Counted from the whole stretch's first letter, positions 38,403 through 51,844 are shown. The stretch is DNA of 63,007 nucleotides, filler included, from Octopus bimaculoides (GCF_001194135.2; 3 parts of 3 records of this genome joined end to end with filler, not necessarily neighbours in it); one strand, 5' to 3'. The notes: a model not told the origin generated them from the letters alone. Numbers and translations: made by a program.

Positions 38403-38630
38403 GCCCTCCTCAATGATTTAGAGAGCTACTTGGATGGAATTACTTCTGGCAGAAAACAGGTTGGAATGAATTGACACATAAGTATTGATGACAAACTTCT
38501 CACAACAGGAATGACTTTGATGATAAATCTGTAAAACCAGAGCTGCTCTTGAGCTAAATGACATCATCAACACTGAAGGCAAGGGAAGTTTCCAAAAGAT
38601 TTGCACATCTGTAGATAAATGCTTGTGGAG
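38403..38630 (+). pseudogene. Decayed R4/Dong RT fragment, collinear continuation of 37000-37205
   Basis: With frameshifts it gives ALLN..LDGITSGRK, DKLLTTG and LELNDIINTEGKGSFQKICTSVDKCL. These parallel R4 L.WLT.GRT / YKLLTG / LE.N.I.PEEQKG.RK...GCKDQL. Confidence 0.5.
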
Positions 38631-39271
38631 ACATATGGCCCAGTGGGGAGAGTGTTGCATTCACAATTGTAAGATTGTAGTTTGAGTTCCCTGATCAAGC
38701 TATGCGTGCTTGAGCAAAATACTTCATTTCATGTTGGCCCAGTCCACTCGGCTGTAAATAAGTTCCAGCAATAGTTGGGAAGTTAATCTTGTACATCTTG
38801 GAAAATGGGTTAAGCTCCAGCAGAGACTTAAGAAAGTACCAGGCAGGATATCATGACATGACCCAGCAGATGATATTGTGGTAGGATCATAGACAAAAAT
38901 ACCACAAGGTTGAATGGATGTTACATATTAGACCAACAGTCATGAAAGGAACCATTTGTTTTAATCCACAACTGAGAGTGACCATAATGAGATTGGTTGG
39001 TCAGCCTGCTAGAAATAGCAGCGAAATCAACCTCAAATCATGCCATGTCAAAACTTAGCTAAGTGATTAGAGCATCAGATGTTTTGTTTTGAGGTTGGAA
39101 TATAAATTAATACTATGCATGCACACACACAGAGCATAAGCACACATGTGCTTACAATTTAGTTTACATATATATATATATATATATGTATGCATGCATG
39201 CACATTTGTCTATAGCTACCAATAAACATGAACACACACAAATATATATATATATATATACATGTGTGTAC

Positions 39272-39304
<33 letters not shown>

Positions 39305-40046
39305 ATAAAGTTTGTCTGCGACATACATACTGCTTGTCATCTGAATGCATGTTCTACCCTTATTTTTATTTTCTAAGGGATAAAAAAAATTCTCATTTTG
39401 TCTATGAGTTGAACCTGTCTGAACTCTTTGATAATCATTTACACATTTTTTTTCTTATGCCCTAACATCGATTAGATTGCTTTCTTGGAATACTGCATTC
39501 TTACATGAATAGGAATCTGTTTGCTCTGACCTCATGTTTTATGTATGTAATCAGGTTAAGCTTTCTGCTACTGTACAGGTCTGTATTATTTTTGAGGGAT
39601 ATTTTTTTTTTTATTTGTGAGTTAACAGACGTGTGAATGACATGATCGTATTACGTAAATACTATTGAATTCATAGAAGGTAGTTTTCTTCACAGAAGAA
39701 GAAACTGTTGCTGTTTGTCTGCAAACGTTCTTTCCCCAGCTATATTATATTAAAACCTGAATATTTGATTTCACTTGTAGTAATTCTCCTCTTTCAAACA
39801 TATTCTATAGATTTCTTTTTTTCACGTTTTTTGTCACATTGAAATGTATTTTACATTCATGACCGAGTCACATATCTCACAAGACAAATTCCTCAAGTCG
39901 ACAAGATTTAAATAGGCACTGCAGTTTTCTGCCAGAATTTGGTGCTATGTGCAATGTCACTACTGTGAAACTGAAGTGCTGAGTTCAAGCATGACTTCCT
40001 TGCTAGAGATGTAGGTAAGAGCCACACAGAAGATAGTCCAGTATTT

Positions 40047-40471
40047 ACATTATTTACATTTGACAGATATTTGTCCTCATCTTGTTTGTCATTAACACAA
40101 CGTTTTGGCTGATATACCCTCCAGAAATTTTGAACCTAGGTTCTCATTCCTAAGGTATTCTTCGATGTCATTATTATTATTATCATTATTCAGGTGACAG
40201 CTTAGAATCGAACTAGGAATCTTGGGGTCAGTAGCCTGCGCTCTTAACCACTATGCCATATGCCCACAGGCAGTGACCTGAATAAAAATACTAATAATAA
40301 TATCGATAAATACCTTAGGAATAAGAACCCAGGTTCAAAATTTCCCCAAGACACCTGATGAAGGCTGGAGGGTATATCAGCCGAAACTTGTTAACAACAA
40401 ACAAGATGAGGACAAATATCCGTCAAATGTAAATAATGTACATAATTCCTCATCTCTTAAATATAGAACTG
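40047..40471 (-). mobile_element. Palindromic tRNA-headed element with Penelope-type hammerhead arms (candidate PLE-mobilised SINE)
   Basis: Flanked by the direct repeat TAGTCCAGTATTT at 40034-46 and 40472-84. Inverted arms span ~40047-40201 and ~40270-40440. The minus-strand tRNA-like core has A-box TGGCATAGTGG (40258-48) and B-box AGTTCGATTCT (40214-04). The right arm contains GACAC-CTGATGA-A-GGCTG(10 nt)CAGCC-GAAAC (40350-87). Confidence 0.85.
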
Positions 40472-41289
40472 TAGTCCAGTATTTGTTCTCATGTCAGAGT
40501 TTTGAAATCCTCTCAGTAGTTTGTGCCATTTGTCTCTGGAACAAGTTTTTGATTATGTGAAACAAGCGCCAACTTATATACTGTTATCCACCCCCATACT
40601 GAATTAGTTAAACAGGTACCTACCACCAGGTAGTTATTTGGATATTTTACCCTTTTTTAAGTGCTTCAGGTGATAGCAACATTGAGACTAAATTTGTGAC
40701 ACACACGAACAAAGTACAGTTAAAATTGTGTCTAATGATGTAATGTAGTCAAAATTACATTATATCGTTGAATCAAACATCCATCAAAGTAGTGGAACCA
40801 ATTTGAAGCCTTGGAATCTGATAATATTAGCAGCAAAAATCTCCAGCAAAGGGAAAGTGATTGAAGAGAAAGGAAGTGGGAATAAGCAAAGAGACTGAGT
40901 GAAGGGACTGAGTGAACATAGTCCCTTCTTTGGAGATCCTTCATTTCGTATAAAAAACAAAATTTCAAAAAAAAAACTCCCTGTCTCACTAAATAAATGA
41001 ACTCAGATTAGCAAACATTTTATAAGCTATTTTTTTCATGTCAGAAATGTAGACAATTTTATTCAGAGTTTTGTTCTATTCTTTTCTTAGTTTCACTATA
41101 GATTTAATTGCACACTTGCTAATTAATTATCATAACTAGTATATGTTAACACTTTTAAAATTTAATTTTCCATTTTTTATATATTGATACAACTTTGACT
41201 CCTGTCTTTATAAATAAGATATTAAAATATTACAAAATATTTATTACTTTAAGTTTTTTGAAATAAGATATATATATATATATATATGT

Positions 41290-41520
41290 GTGTGTGTTTG
41301 CATGTATATGTATGCATATATATATATGTATGTATGTGTATATATGTATGTGTATATATGTATGTGTATATATGTATGTATGTGTATATATGTATGTATG
41401 TGTATATATGTATGTATGTGTATATATGTATGTATGTGTATATATGTATGTATGTGTATATATGTATGTATGCGTATATATGTATGTATGCGTATATATG
41501 TATGTATGCGTATATATATA
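41290..41520. repeat. (TATGTATGTGTATA)n 14-bp compound microsatellite
   Basis: Direct tandem units; these explain the IHIHTY/YMYVCV pseudo-ORFs. Confidence 0.9.
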
Positions 41521-41569
41521 TATATATTACATATGTATATATGTATATATTCCTCCTCTTTGTTTAAAA

Positions 41570-41607
<38 letters not shown>

Positions 41608-43796
41608 CACGTGTGTGTGTAAATGTATAGTTCTTGCAACCCAACCTTTTAAGCATCAATTTTTATTAATTAATGTTATTTTAAATTATATTAATTAATG
41701 ATAGAGTTGTTTGTTTTCTAAGACCACTCACCATTTGTATTTTTTTCTTTTCTCTCTGCAAATTTCTGTTCCCGACACCTCTTGCATCGATTTCCATTTA
41801 TTAAAAATAATTATAGCGTTTTCTAAAATTTTTTTTGTTAAAGAAACTTCAAAGCTTCTTAAAAGTTGAAATTATATTTTACTTCAAATTGTTTGAAAGT
41901 ATTTTCTAAACCAGGTTCAAACTAGTGAAGATAGGTAAGAATTGAGCAGCTAGACTCTAGGTTGTTATCATCAACTGCTTTGTCACAATCTGCATCCTCC
42001 TCATCATCATCACTACATTCATCCTCATCATCAATTAACGTCTGTCCTTTATGCCAGCTGAGGTTGAAATTCTGTTTGAATTCTAGAACCGACACTTGCT
42101 GGTTATGTGTGTGCTGATGCTGCTGTTATGGTTTAGCCGAGGCCTGAGGTGAATGAGCAAGGCCTCCTTTCAAAGGTGTTCCAGTTTTAAGCTCAACATC
42201 TTTCTTCCAGATATAGACTATCCAGAACATGGAACTCATGTCTCAAAAGCAGTTGTAATAAATGGTGCAAGACATTCCATCATCCCATCCAATGGTGTAA
42301 CAGTTTTTCCAGTGTATGAGTCTCGATTGAGATTTATTGAATTTATCAAAGATGTTTGAAACTGTAATCATTTCATCTTAATTTCAATTCATAAAGTATT
42401 TATAGCAACATTACCTAAGGTGTCTTTCTAAAGTGTTTTCCCCTCTTTTACAAAAGGTGTGATCTGGGAAATTTAACAGATGTGGTTTAAGTTAAGACTG
42501 ATGGTACCACTGCTATGAAATCTCTGGTCCAAACTGACTTAGAAGAGTTATGATTAAGAGTGTTCTAGCTGTGACCGTTTGGTTTTTATATCAGTCATAG
42601 TGTATCTAGAACTACAAAAGCTGATGTATACAATGGTGTGTGATCTGAGACAGATTTGGCTGATGTTTAAAACTGGTTAAGCAATAATATACAGTTGTCC
42701 TCATTGGCTCATAAAGTTGATCCTTGTTAGAATCAGTCCCAGTATATTACTGGTATTTACTTTATTCACCCTGAAACAATGAAAGGACAATTTGATGGGA
42801 GATAGGTAGGTGTGAGCAGGGAAGTGGTGGCCAAATCAAGAACATAGGAAAACTGAATTAATTTTCTGCTAGAATTCGTAATTCCTAATTTAGTTCAATA
42901 AGCGTTTCTTTTGACTATGAAAGAAAAGAGAAATATTTTTAAGGGATTGGGAACTTAATGATTTAGTCTCCACCTCACCTGTAAATATTATTGCTGTTTA
43001 TGTTATCAGTCTCTTAACTGGATAAAAAGCAGGATTACAACTCTGAATATAGAAAGGAGAAACTAAAAGGTTCCTTATTCAGATTTATTTTTTAACATTT
43101 CATTTTATGCTCCTTTTGATCTCTTAACAATTCATCATCTTTGTCTCATCAGCTATTAAATGCAATGATGTTATGCTTAAATGCCATTTCTTTCTCCAAT
43201 CTATATAAAGTAACATTGCTATGCTAAATAATGGTTTGTGGCATGGGGCCACACATTTTTTATGAGGTGTGTGATTGACTTAATCATATCCCATTCTTCA
43301 CTGGGTTGCTTATGCACCTAGAGTGTAGCCACATTTTAAGTCAACATATTTGGAAATAATATTTCAATTACATGAGATCTACTCTGGCTCAACACACAAT
43401 GAAAGCTACTTATCTGGGTGGTAGCCAAATGGCAATGGTTAGATAATGTTATTATTTATTCAAGAAAGCCTAGAATAGCTTTGTCGTAAACAAGTTATTA
43501 AAATAACCGGCAGAGGGAGATGGTAATTTTTAAAAAAAGTATTTTGTTGTTTCCTTTCTCCTCATCATAATGTTACTCTTTATGATGTAATGTCTCTCCC
43601 AAGCAAATGAATCTTTTCAGGGTTCTGCTTTGCTTTGGTTTCAATGCATAAACATGGATGAGAAATCAAACAATTTGAAAATAGAACACTGAGCTGTCAA
43701 ACAAACAAGGAAACTGCTTCTTGGGGCCTCAACCTGCTATAAGAAGCAGTTAAATCTCCCTCAAATCACACATTATATACTTAAATTTAGGCATAT

Positions 43797-43865
<69 letters not shown>

Positions 43866-43866
<1 letters not shown>

Positions 43867-44092
43867 GGCTGTTGCCAGTACCGCCTGACTGGCCTTCATG
43901 TGGGTGACACGTAAAAGCACCCACTACACTCTCTGAGTGGTTGGCGTTAGGAAGGGCATCCAGCTGTAGAAACTCTGCCAAATCAGATTGGAGCCTGGTG
44001 TAGCCATCTGGTTTCACCAGTCCTCAGTCAAATCGTCCAACCCATGCTAGCATGGAAAGCGGACGTTAAACGACGATGATGATGATGATGAT
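43866..44092 (+). mobile_element. RTE-tailed SINE or RTE 3' end, ending in (GAT)n
   Basis: GTTGCCAGTACCGCCTGACTGG...CACGTAAAAGCACCCACTACACTCTC..GGCGTTAGGAAGGGCATCCAGCTGTAGAAAC...CCAACCCATGCTAGCATGGAAAGCGGACGTTAAACGACGATGATG. Related copies at 50190-50350, 52010-52100 and 54860-55060(-). Confidence 0.85.
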
Positions 44093-45951
44093 ATATATAT
44101 ATTGGGCAATGTAGCTTCTGATATTCAACAAGATGGCATAACCAAGGCTGCTCATTTTAAGAGAGCATCACCAAAGGGGCTCATCTTTAAACGTAAGCCT
44201 GTTGAAGCAGAACTGACTTTGTACTAAACAAACAACAGGACTATCACAGGTAACACTACCAGAGGGTCTGAGTACCTTTTTCTTACAGCTAGGCAAAGTA
44301 GAACAGTGTTAAATAACGTGTTTATTCAACCACATCACCAGCTTCCAGTAATATCATCCTTCAAGTTGTTATTGTTGCCCTTATCAAGTTCTCTAGCAAA
44401 TTATTACCCAGACCTACAAAGGATTTACAAACTGACATGTGGTTCCCTATTAAATCGATGGTCTGGTTACAATGTAAGGAAACTATTCACATTGAGATAT
44501 AATTTGGGGTCTTCAGTGGCAAATTTAGATCCTTCTTTGGCAGATGAAATAAAATACCAGTAACATCAACTATACATTCCACCGACATTTGTAGTCTGTG
44601 GTTAATAAGCTTGTTTTGCCAACATTTTCTTTAAACATAAACAACTACAAAGCCTCACACTATCTTTTAGAGTGGTTTATGGTCAAGTGAATCAACAACC
44701 CATCCTTCTAATCTACCAGTATATTACTGGTACCTAGGAATGAAATGCAAAGTTCCCCACTCCAGGATGTGAACTCGATGTTTAGTTAAGTTCCTATACT
44801 TACTGTCACACACCATTGTCTGTCTGTCTGTCCGTCTTTGATTCATACTCCATCACTCATCATGTAGAAATAATGAGACAATTAAATTTTAGATCTCATT
44901 ATTTTGGGCTAAACGAGTGAAGGTATAAATTTAAACGAATAAATTACTTTTGAATGTGAAAAATAAAAATTAACAACCACTGAACAAAACACAAGCACAA
45001 ACATTTTTCTAAAAAAAAAAAAAACTTTTCAGAAAACATAAATTAAATTAAATTAAAGTGAAAGTACTCCTCCCTGCAAGAGAAGAAAGAATTCAAACCA
45101 AATAAAATAAAATTTTACGAAAACTATATCAATAAATAAATAAAATTAATGGTGAATATTCCTCCTCCTTCTCCTGCTGCTGCTATAAATAATAACAAAG
45201 CAAATATAAGCAAGATATATAACAAATCAAATAAACAAACAGTTGTATTTTGGCATCGAAAATAAAAATCTCGTAACGGCAGAATAGTCAAAGCTTTCAA
45301 AGTTGTTTTTGAATCCTATCGAATGCTTAAAATAGGTANNNNNNNNNNNNNNNNNNNNNNNNNNNNNNNNNNNNNNNNNNNNNNNNNNNNNNNNNNNNNN
45401 NNNNNNNNNNNNNNNNNNNNNNNNNNNNNNNNNNNNNNNNNNNNNNNNNNNNNNNNNNNNNNNNNNNNNNNNNNNNNNNNNNNNNNNNNNNNNNNNNNNN
45501 NNNNNNNNNNNNNNNNNNNNNNNNNNNNNNNNNNNNNNNNNNNNNNNNNNNNNNNNNNNNNNNNNNNNNNNNNNNNNNNNNNNNNNNNNNNNNNNNNNNN
45601 NNNTCCATTTCCTTCTCATTTCTCTTCTTTTTCTCCTTCCATCGTCGTCATCACTGTCCACATCATCATGGTGGTCATCATCAATAGTCTCCTCCACCTT
45701 CTCCTCCCATCATCATCACCATCATCATTGTCTCTACATTGTACTTTGTGTTGCTCTTCTGTTTCTTTCTCTTTTCTTTCTTTTCTCTCTGTCTCTCTTT
45801 TCCTTCTTTTCTCTTCCATATTTTCCTCCTCCTCCTCCTCATTGTACAAGACATTCTATTATTTTCATTTTTCCTTCTTTGGCTGCATTTCAACAACTCC
45901 CTCTCTCTTTATACATATGTATGTGTATATGCCAGTGTATTTACACATACA

Positions 45952-46005
<54 letters not shown>

Positions 46006-48426
46006 NNNNNNNNNNNNNNNNNNNNNNNNNNATATCTTTCTGTGTAGCCCTATCAAACTCTGTCAGTCTGTCTGACTGTCTATTTATCTATCAAAGACCA
46101 GAAGACCAGTTCGGCAACCCCCTCCCCTGCTCCCCCCTGCTCCCCACCCATCAAACAAATATGATAAACATCTCTATTTTAAGTGAACAACTGAAATATT
46201 TGCTGAGGAAAGGGAAAAAATTAGTTTTTAAAAGTCAAATAAACAGCAATGAATGTTGTGTTTATGTGTAAAAACAACACACAATAACAAAATCAAAAAA
46301 AAAAAATATAAGATGAATACTGTGTTTATGTGTAAAGCAACAACAGCCAAATAACAACAACAACAAACAAACAAACTTTACAATTTTACAATTGAAATCA
46401 ATTCTTATCAATTTCTGATAACAGATTCTTTTTTTATGTTTTGTTACTTTTTTTATATGTGTTGCTTTTCCTTTTTTTATTTATTTTTTCCATTGCAAGA
46501 AATTTTCGACCAATATATTTGCACTTTGTAAACCACAGATGCCTGTTATTGTTAATGTTAATTAACCATTATTATTATTATTATTATTATTATCAATTTT
46601 ATTGTTGTTGTTGTTTAAAATCACTGTTGCTATTATTGATTACTTACATTAGCACCAGACGAGACATTTGGTATAGGAAGGGTACAGTCATGTCCTTATC
46701 AGAACCAAAATGAAGGTGGTGAGTTTGCAGAAGCTGCCTATTAGCTCTACTTGTGTATGGGGGTGGTTTTTAAAGCAAATGTTAACACACTTAATAGTTC
46801 TGTTGCCGTATTTCTACCAAATACGTTGCCTTTATTTCAAATAATTTTGAAAATAATGAAGAATTTAATAAAGCAATTTTTCCATTATCAAAGCTAGTGT
46901 TAGGAATATCAATTAATGAAATTTTGATGAAATGCTCTAATTTAGATGATTTTAAATCAAGAAGAAGTGCCCATCATAGACGTAAGAGTACTCTCAGGCA
47001 AACAAGATAATATGATTGATACTTCTTTCTTTACCATATAAACTGTTAGTATCAATCTTACCATATACTTTTATGCAGAGCATGCCCCTAGGTAGTTTTG
47101 TGTAGCACTCATTTCAAGTTATCGTGCCGTTCATAAAACTGTAACTACAATGTTGCCTCCTTTCTTTATAAGTTTGGTTGACTCCTTGACTTCTCTGTGG
47201 GAAGCACTTTGCCCCTAGGCAAATCAATGTGATCCACTTTATAGTATTTATTTATTGACAGCAAACCACAGCATAAATAAAGAATTGGGCCCCTAAACCT
47301 GTGAGGCCCCTGGGCAACTTCCCAGTATGCACTGCACTGCCTATAATCTTTGCAAGAACTGTGAGTGCAGCAAAGGAAAAAGAAGAAAGAGACTGTGACT
47401 CGTGAGTCATTGCTAAACTGCTATGGTGATGTCTGTAGGTCACAGTGGCTGTGCTTGAGGCTTCCAGCAAAAGGAGAATCTTGTGGGGAGTTATTCATGA
47501 ACCTGTTTGATTTTCAAAGAGATGTTCACATCAGCAACGTGGCTGACCTCTATGACAGTACATACTTTTTATTCATACATGTAAGTTTGTAGGGATGAGA
47601 TTGTATTTTCTTCACTTATTCATGTTCGTTCACTGATTGTAAACCATGGCTTTGCTGCCTGTGTTGCAGTCTTCCATGAAAGCATGCCCAGATGTCCCAG
47701 CTTCTGAACATGTTTGCATTTGTTGCGCGATCTTTAACAAAAGACTCAATCATACAGTGTTGTTGTTTCTGGTTTTCATTCTCAATATATCTTGGCTGTT
47801 TGTTATTCAATAGACTGGGAGATAATTCTCTCATTCGGAAGGGCATCTGGCCATCGAAAATTCTTCCCCAACATAGACTCATTTGATACCTGCAAGAATG
47901 GAAGACTCGATGCCAAAATGATGCTGATCATGATGTTGATGACTGCTTTGTTGCAAAGTTTTGATGAAGAATTTCTAATAAATTTTTTCCTTGGTTTCAT
48001 TTCACTGCAGCTCAGTTGTTGCCTGGCACAAGGTCAATCCTGATCAAAGTAGAAACATAATCGAAGGCGTTCTTGCAATCCTTGTCTATTTGATGGGCTC
48101 AGTTTAACTAGGGTTCCTTCAACCCTTCCACCTGTTAGAACTGAAGGGTATCATTTGAGGGAGATTTACTTTCACTTTTTAGCAGGTTCAGTTATGATGG
48201 AGAGGCTTCGATGTTGGGTCATTTACACTGTAGTTAAAAAGCTAAGTGTAAAAAAAAATATAAAAAAAGTAAAAATAGTTTTTTTTCTTTTTGAATCTGA
48301 AGAAAGTGAGTGGTACCAATTTGCTTCAAATCAACGACTTGTCTAGTAGAGCAGAAAAAATATAATCAATTCTTGTAGTCAAAAATTAAGTCATATAATG
48401 CACACACTCACCCCCACCCCACCCCA

Positions 48427-48460
<34 letters not shown>

Positions 48461-49161
48461 TTATATATAATTTGTCGTGCTCAATTTAACATAGTTTTTG
48501 TTGTCTTAGTTCTCAGAATATACACTTAGCTATTCATTGCTTGCATCTTTCACCTTGCATTTCATTATACCATATATATATATATATATATATATACTTA
48601 CACACACACACACATACACACACACACACAGACACACACACTTATGTATGATCTTATATTAATATATCTAGCTTGCTAGCTGTGTGTGTGTGTGTGTGTG
48701 TGTGTGTTTGTGTATGTGTGTATATTAATATATTTATCTATCTAGCTAGCTATCTGTGTGTGTATGTCTGTGTTTGTAGTGTGTGTGTGTGTGTGCATAT
48801 ATATCTTATGTATTAAACTCTGATAACCTTTTTTAACTATAATCATTATTTAAGCTTTCATGTTAATTCAGTGAGCAATTTCCTGTATACTAAGAACCAT
48901 TGGCTATCACAAACTTATTAGTTCTAATCTAGCAGTCAAAGAGAATCTCATTTACCTTTTCATTGTTAGTTTTTGTGTGTTGTTTTTTTATTTTTCTTGT
49001 GAGTTCTTTTCTTTCTTTCTTTTTTAGTTGTTGTTTACTATTTTATTGTTGTAGGAAAACGATGATTATTGTGACATTGTATCTGTTTACTTAAGTAATT
49101 ATACTTATTATTTCTCAAAATAAAACTGCAACATTAAATTTCCTCTGTTTTAAAAATCATC

Positions 49162-49178
49162 ATACACACATGTGGATA

Positions 49179-49211
<33 letters not shown>

Positions 49212-49292
49212 GTGGAATACACACACACACACACACACACACTCACACGTGGAATACACACACACACACACACTTACACGTGGAATACACAC
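49162..49292. repeat. (CA)n-based minisatellite with a recurring CTCACACGTGGAATA spacer
   Basis: Three ACACGTGGAATAC units plus one degenerate ACATGTGGATAC, separated by (CA)n tracts. Confidence 0.85.
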
Positions 49293-49949
49293 ACACACAC
49301 ACAATATAATTAATGCAGTCATTTTTATCTTCTCTTTTCTTCTTACCTCACGTCATATATTTATGTAATTATATTATCCAAATCTTTCGTTATTGATCAC
49401 TACCCATTTAACACAACTCATTGATCTTTTTGTTGGTTAAAAATGTGCCAAAAATGTATAGTATGCTCGTGGTATTTCTTCCTTTCCCTCATAAATTTAG
49501 TAACATTTTCTACCTCAGTCCTTCAGTCCCTGCTTTTTTTTTTTTTGTTTAACAATTTTTAGCAGAATTGACTTTTGTTGATGGCGAGAGACTACTTCTG
49601 TTCACTGTGAATTGTAATGATTTTATTTGCTCAGTATTTTCATAATTTTACACACACATATAATAACAAACATACACACACACATACACACACACACACA
49701 GTATTGGTTGACTTCACATAAAACAGCAAGGAATGTTTTTCTATTTACTGAAAAAATTTCATGGCTGCTTTCCAATGAATGCAGCCATGCCAGGGCACTA
49801 GTGTAATGTATTTTAGTTGATCATGTAGCCTAGAAGGCTTCTTTCAGTCTGTATTTAACTTTTTATCAATATCTATTCATCAGATAGCTAAGTTATATTT
49901 TGATCAACAGGAATGTATCTCAATGTGCAGGTCCCACATGTGGAGCATC

Positions 49950-50036
49950 CACTATCAAACACTATCAAAAGCAAACACTATCAAAAGCAAACACTATCAA
50001 AAGCAAACACCATCAAAAGCAAACATTATCAAAAGC
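49950..50036. repeat. 16-bp tandem repeat (CAAACACTATCAAAAG) x ~5
   Basis: Direct tandem units with 1-bp variants. Confidence 0.9.
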
Positions 50037-51844
50037 ATAAATGCAAGTATAAATAATAAGCACACATGCATATAAATATGTTCATAATGAGCTTAGGTAT
50101 GCTCACATTTGTGTGACTCCATGGATACAATTTAGTATAATTCACCCCCCCCCCTGCCTCCCCATGGAGGGGGGTTGTTGTCTTGCAAGATACTCGTTGA
50201 CCTTGTCAGTGTTGATGCCACATAAAAAGTACCCAGGAAGTTAGAAAGGGCATCCAGTTGTAGAAATGATGCCAAACCAGACAGTGGAGCCTAGTGCAGC
50301 TCTTGTCAAATCATCCAACCCATACCAGCATGGAAAATGAACATAAATGAGGATAATGGTGAGTTCATTCTAAGTACTGGGGTTGATAGCATTTTACTTT
50401 TTCTTTTTCTTCCGTTTTAACTTTCTTTTGGTTCTTTCTTTAGTTCATCACTCAATTCTTTTGTTGGGCATGATTTGGGAAACATTTAACTGCTATTTCT
50501 AGCAACTCCTACTAATATGTAGGGGATAGCTCACCATTTCCATCATTATTTAGTTTTAGTGTTAGATTATTCCTGATTTTACACTTTGCAGATTTATTCC
50601 ATGAAATCCTTAACTCTGGCATCATTACAGTCTGTGTTGATTGCAGTGTGTGTGTGTGTGTGTGATCAAGTGTATTTTAAAATGAAATTAAAAATCATAT
50701 GAGTTACTATATCAACTATATAATATCATTTTAGTGAAATACAAACTTTTGGCTTCTGAAGTAAATAAGAAAATGTTGATAGAATTCCAGCCATTGCTGT
50801 TATTTCCAAAGTTTGGTTCTTTTAAAATTTGTGAATTGTGGCTGTTTTTTTTTTTTTAATATTATATATTTGGGATTTTATAAAGGCAAAAATTTAGATG
50901 AAAGTAAATCAAGTATTAGAGAATAGCAACAGAATACTTTCTGTTTATCATCATTATTATTATTTATGTTGATATATTATTATTTTAAGTTTTAATGTTT
51001 GTTTTTTTTGTTCTGTTTAAAAATCAAAAATGCCTATGAAAGATCTTTAAAAATCAACCAAGAAATATATAAAAATGAGACATTTAACTATAAATTTGAA
51101 AATGAACTAATTTTGGTATTATATAATATTATATCATATGAATTCATTCCTTTAAATAGACAAAGAAAAGAGAAAATAGAGTTAAAATAGAACAAAAATA
51201 AACAAATAGAACACCACAGTTTAGTTTTCAATTATGAGCAATAAAAACCAATTTTAACCATATTTTTAATTGTGTTTTAGAAAATGATATTCAATATAAA
51301 TTCCTGAACAAATTTATGAAAAAATAGAAAAAACATTAGAAAAACAATAAAAAATCAAAATAATTTTTAAACTAGAAAAATGAAATCAAGTTTGTATTTG
51401 ATAGTTTAATATGTGGTAGTTACTGTATGTGTTATTTAATTGGCATTGCTTATGAATATTATATTTAATTACAGTTCTAATGTCCTCCCCCCACCATCAC
51501 CACCATCCTTTCCTACACTTCCCATCAATATGATGACTCCCACTACTACTACCACCAACCTTCCCCCACCATCACCACCAATTAAAACAATAACCATTTG
51601 CTGAACAACGCCTCTGCTTATTAGATTAAATTACATCAAAATCTCCACCACTATCAGAACAAAGTTTAACGGAATCTCACAATGAACCATTCTTAAACTA
51701 AACCTACGATTTTCTTTGAGTTTCTGCAGTAAAACCCCTCTCCCCACCCCCATACGCTCACAATGAATTTACATGTCTTTTATGTTCTCCTTATTCGATA
51801 TCTGTGGGGTAAATAAAATCACTTATTGAACAGGTAGAAATATT

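Noticed and set aside
38403-38459. Apparent 57-nt exon (TTTTCAG|ALLNDLESYLDGITSGRKQ|GTTGGA) resembling an LD motif
   Set aside because: The similarity continues past the putative donor as decayed R4/Dong RT, which is the simpler explanation.
39916-40014. 99-nt AG...GTAAGA-bounded candidate exon, and a 20-nt candidate near 41915-41935
   Set aside because: The only open frame of the first ends in TAG at the junction, and neither has recognisable homology. They cannot be supported without RNA-seq.
40193-40265. tRNA gene on the minus strand
   Set aside because: The acceptor and anticodon stems pair poorly, and it is embedded in a TSD-flanked repeat; it is treated as a SINE head.
12304-46271. 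ORFs rich in YIYI, CVCV, THTH, poly-H/D/M/L/Y
   Set aside because: They are translations of (TA)n, (CA)n, (CAT)n and (TAT)n microsatellites.
47616-47882. Minus-strand ORF with faint hAT-like words (IESFVKD..ANM..ACFH)
   Set aside because: The similarity is too short and degenerate to call.
49162-50036. Repeat-spacer-like arrays that might suggest CRISPR
   Set aside because: The context is eukaryotic, the spacers are (CA)n or absent, and there are no cas genes.
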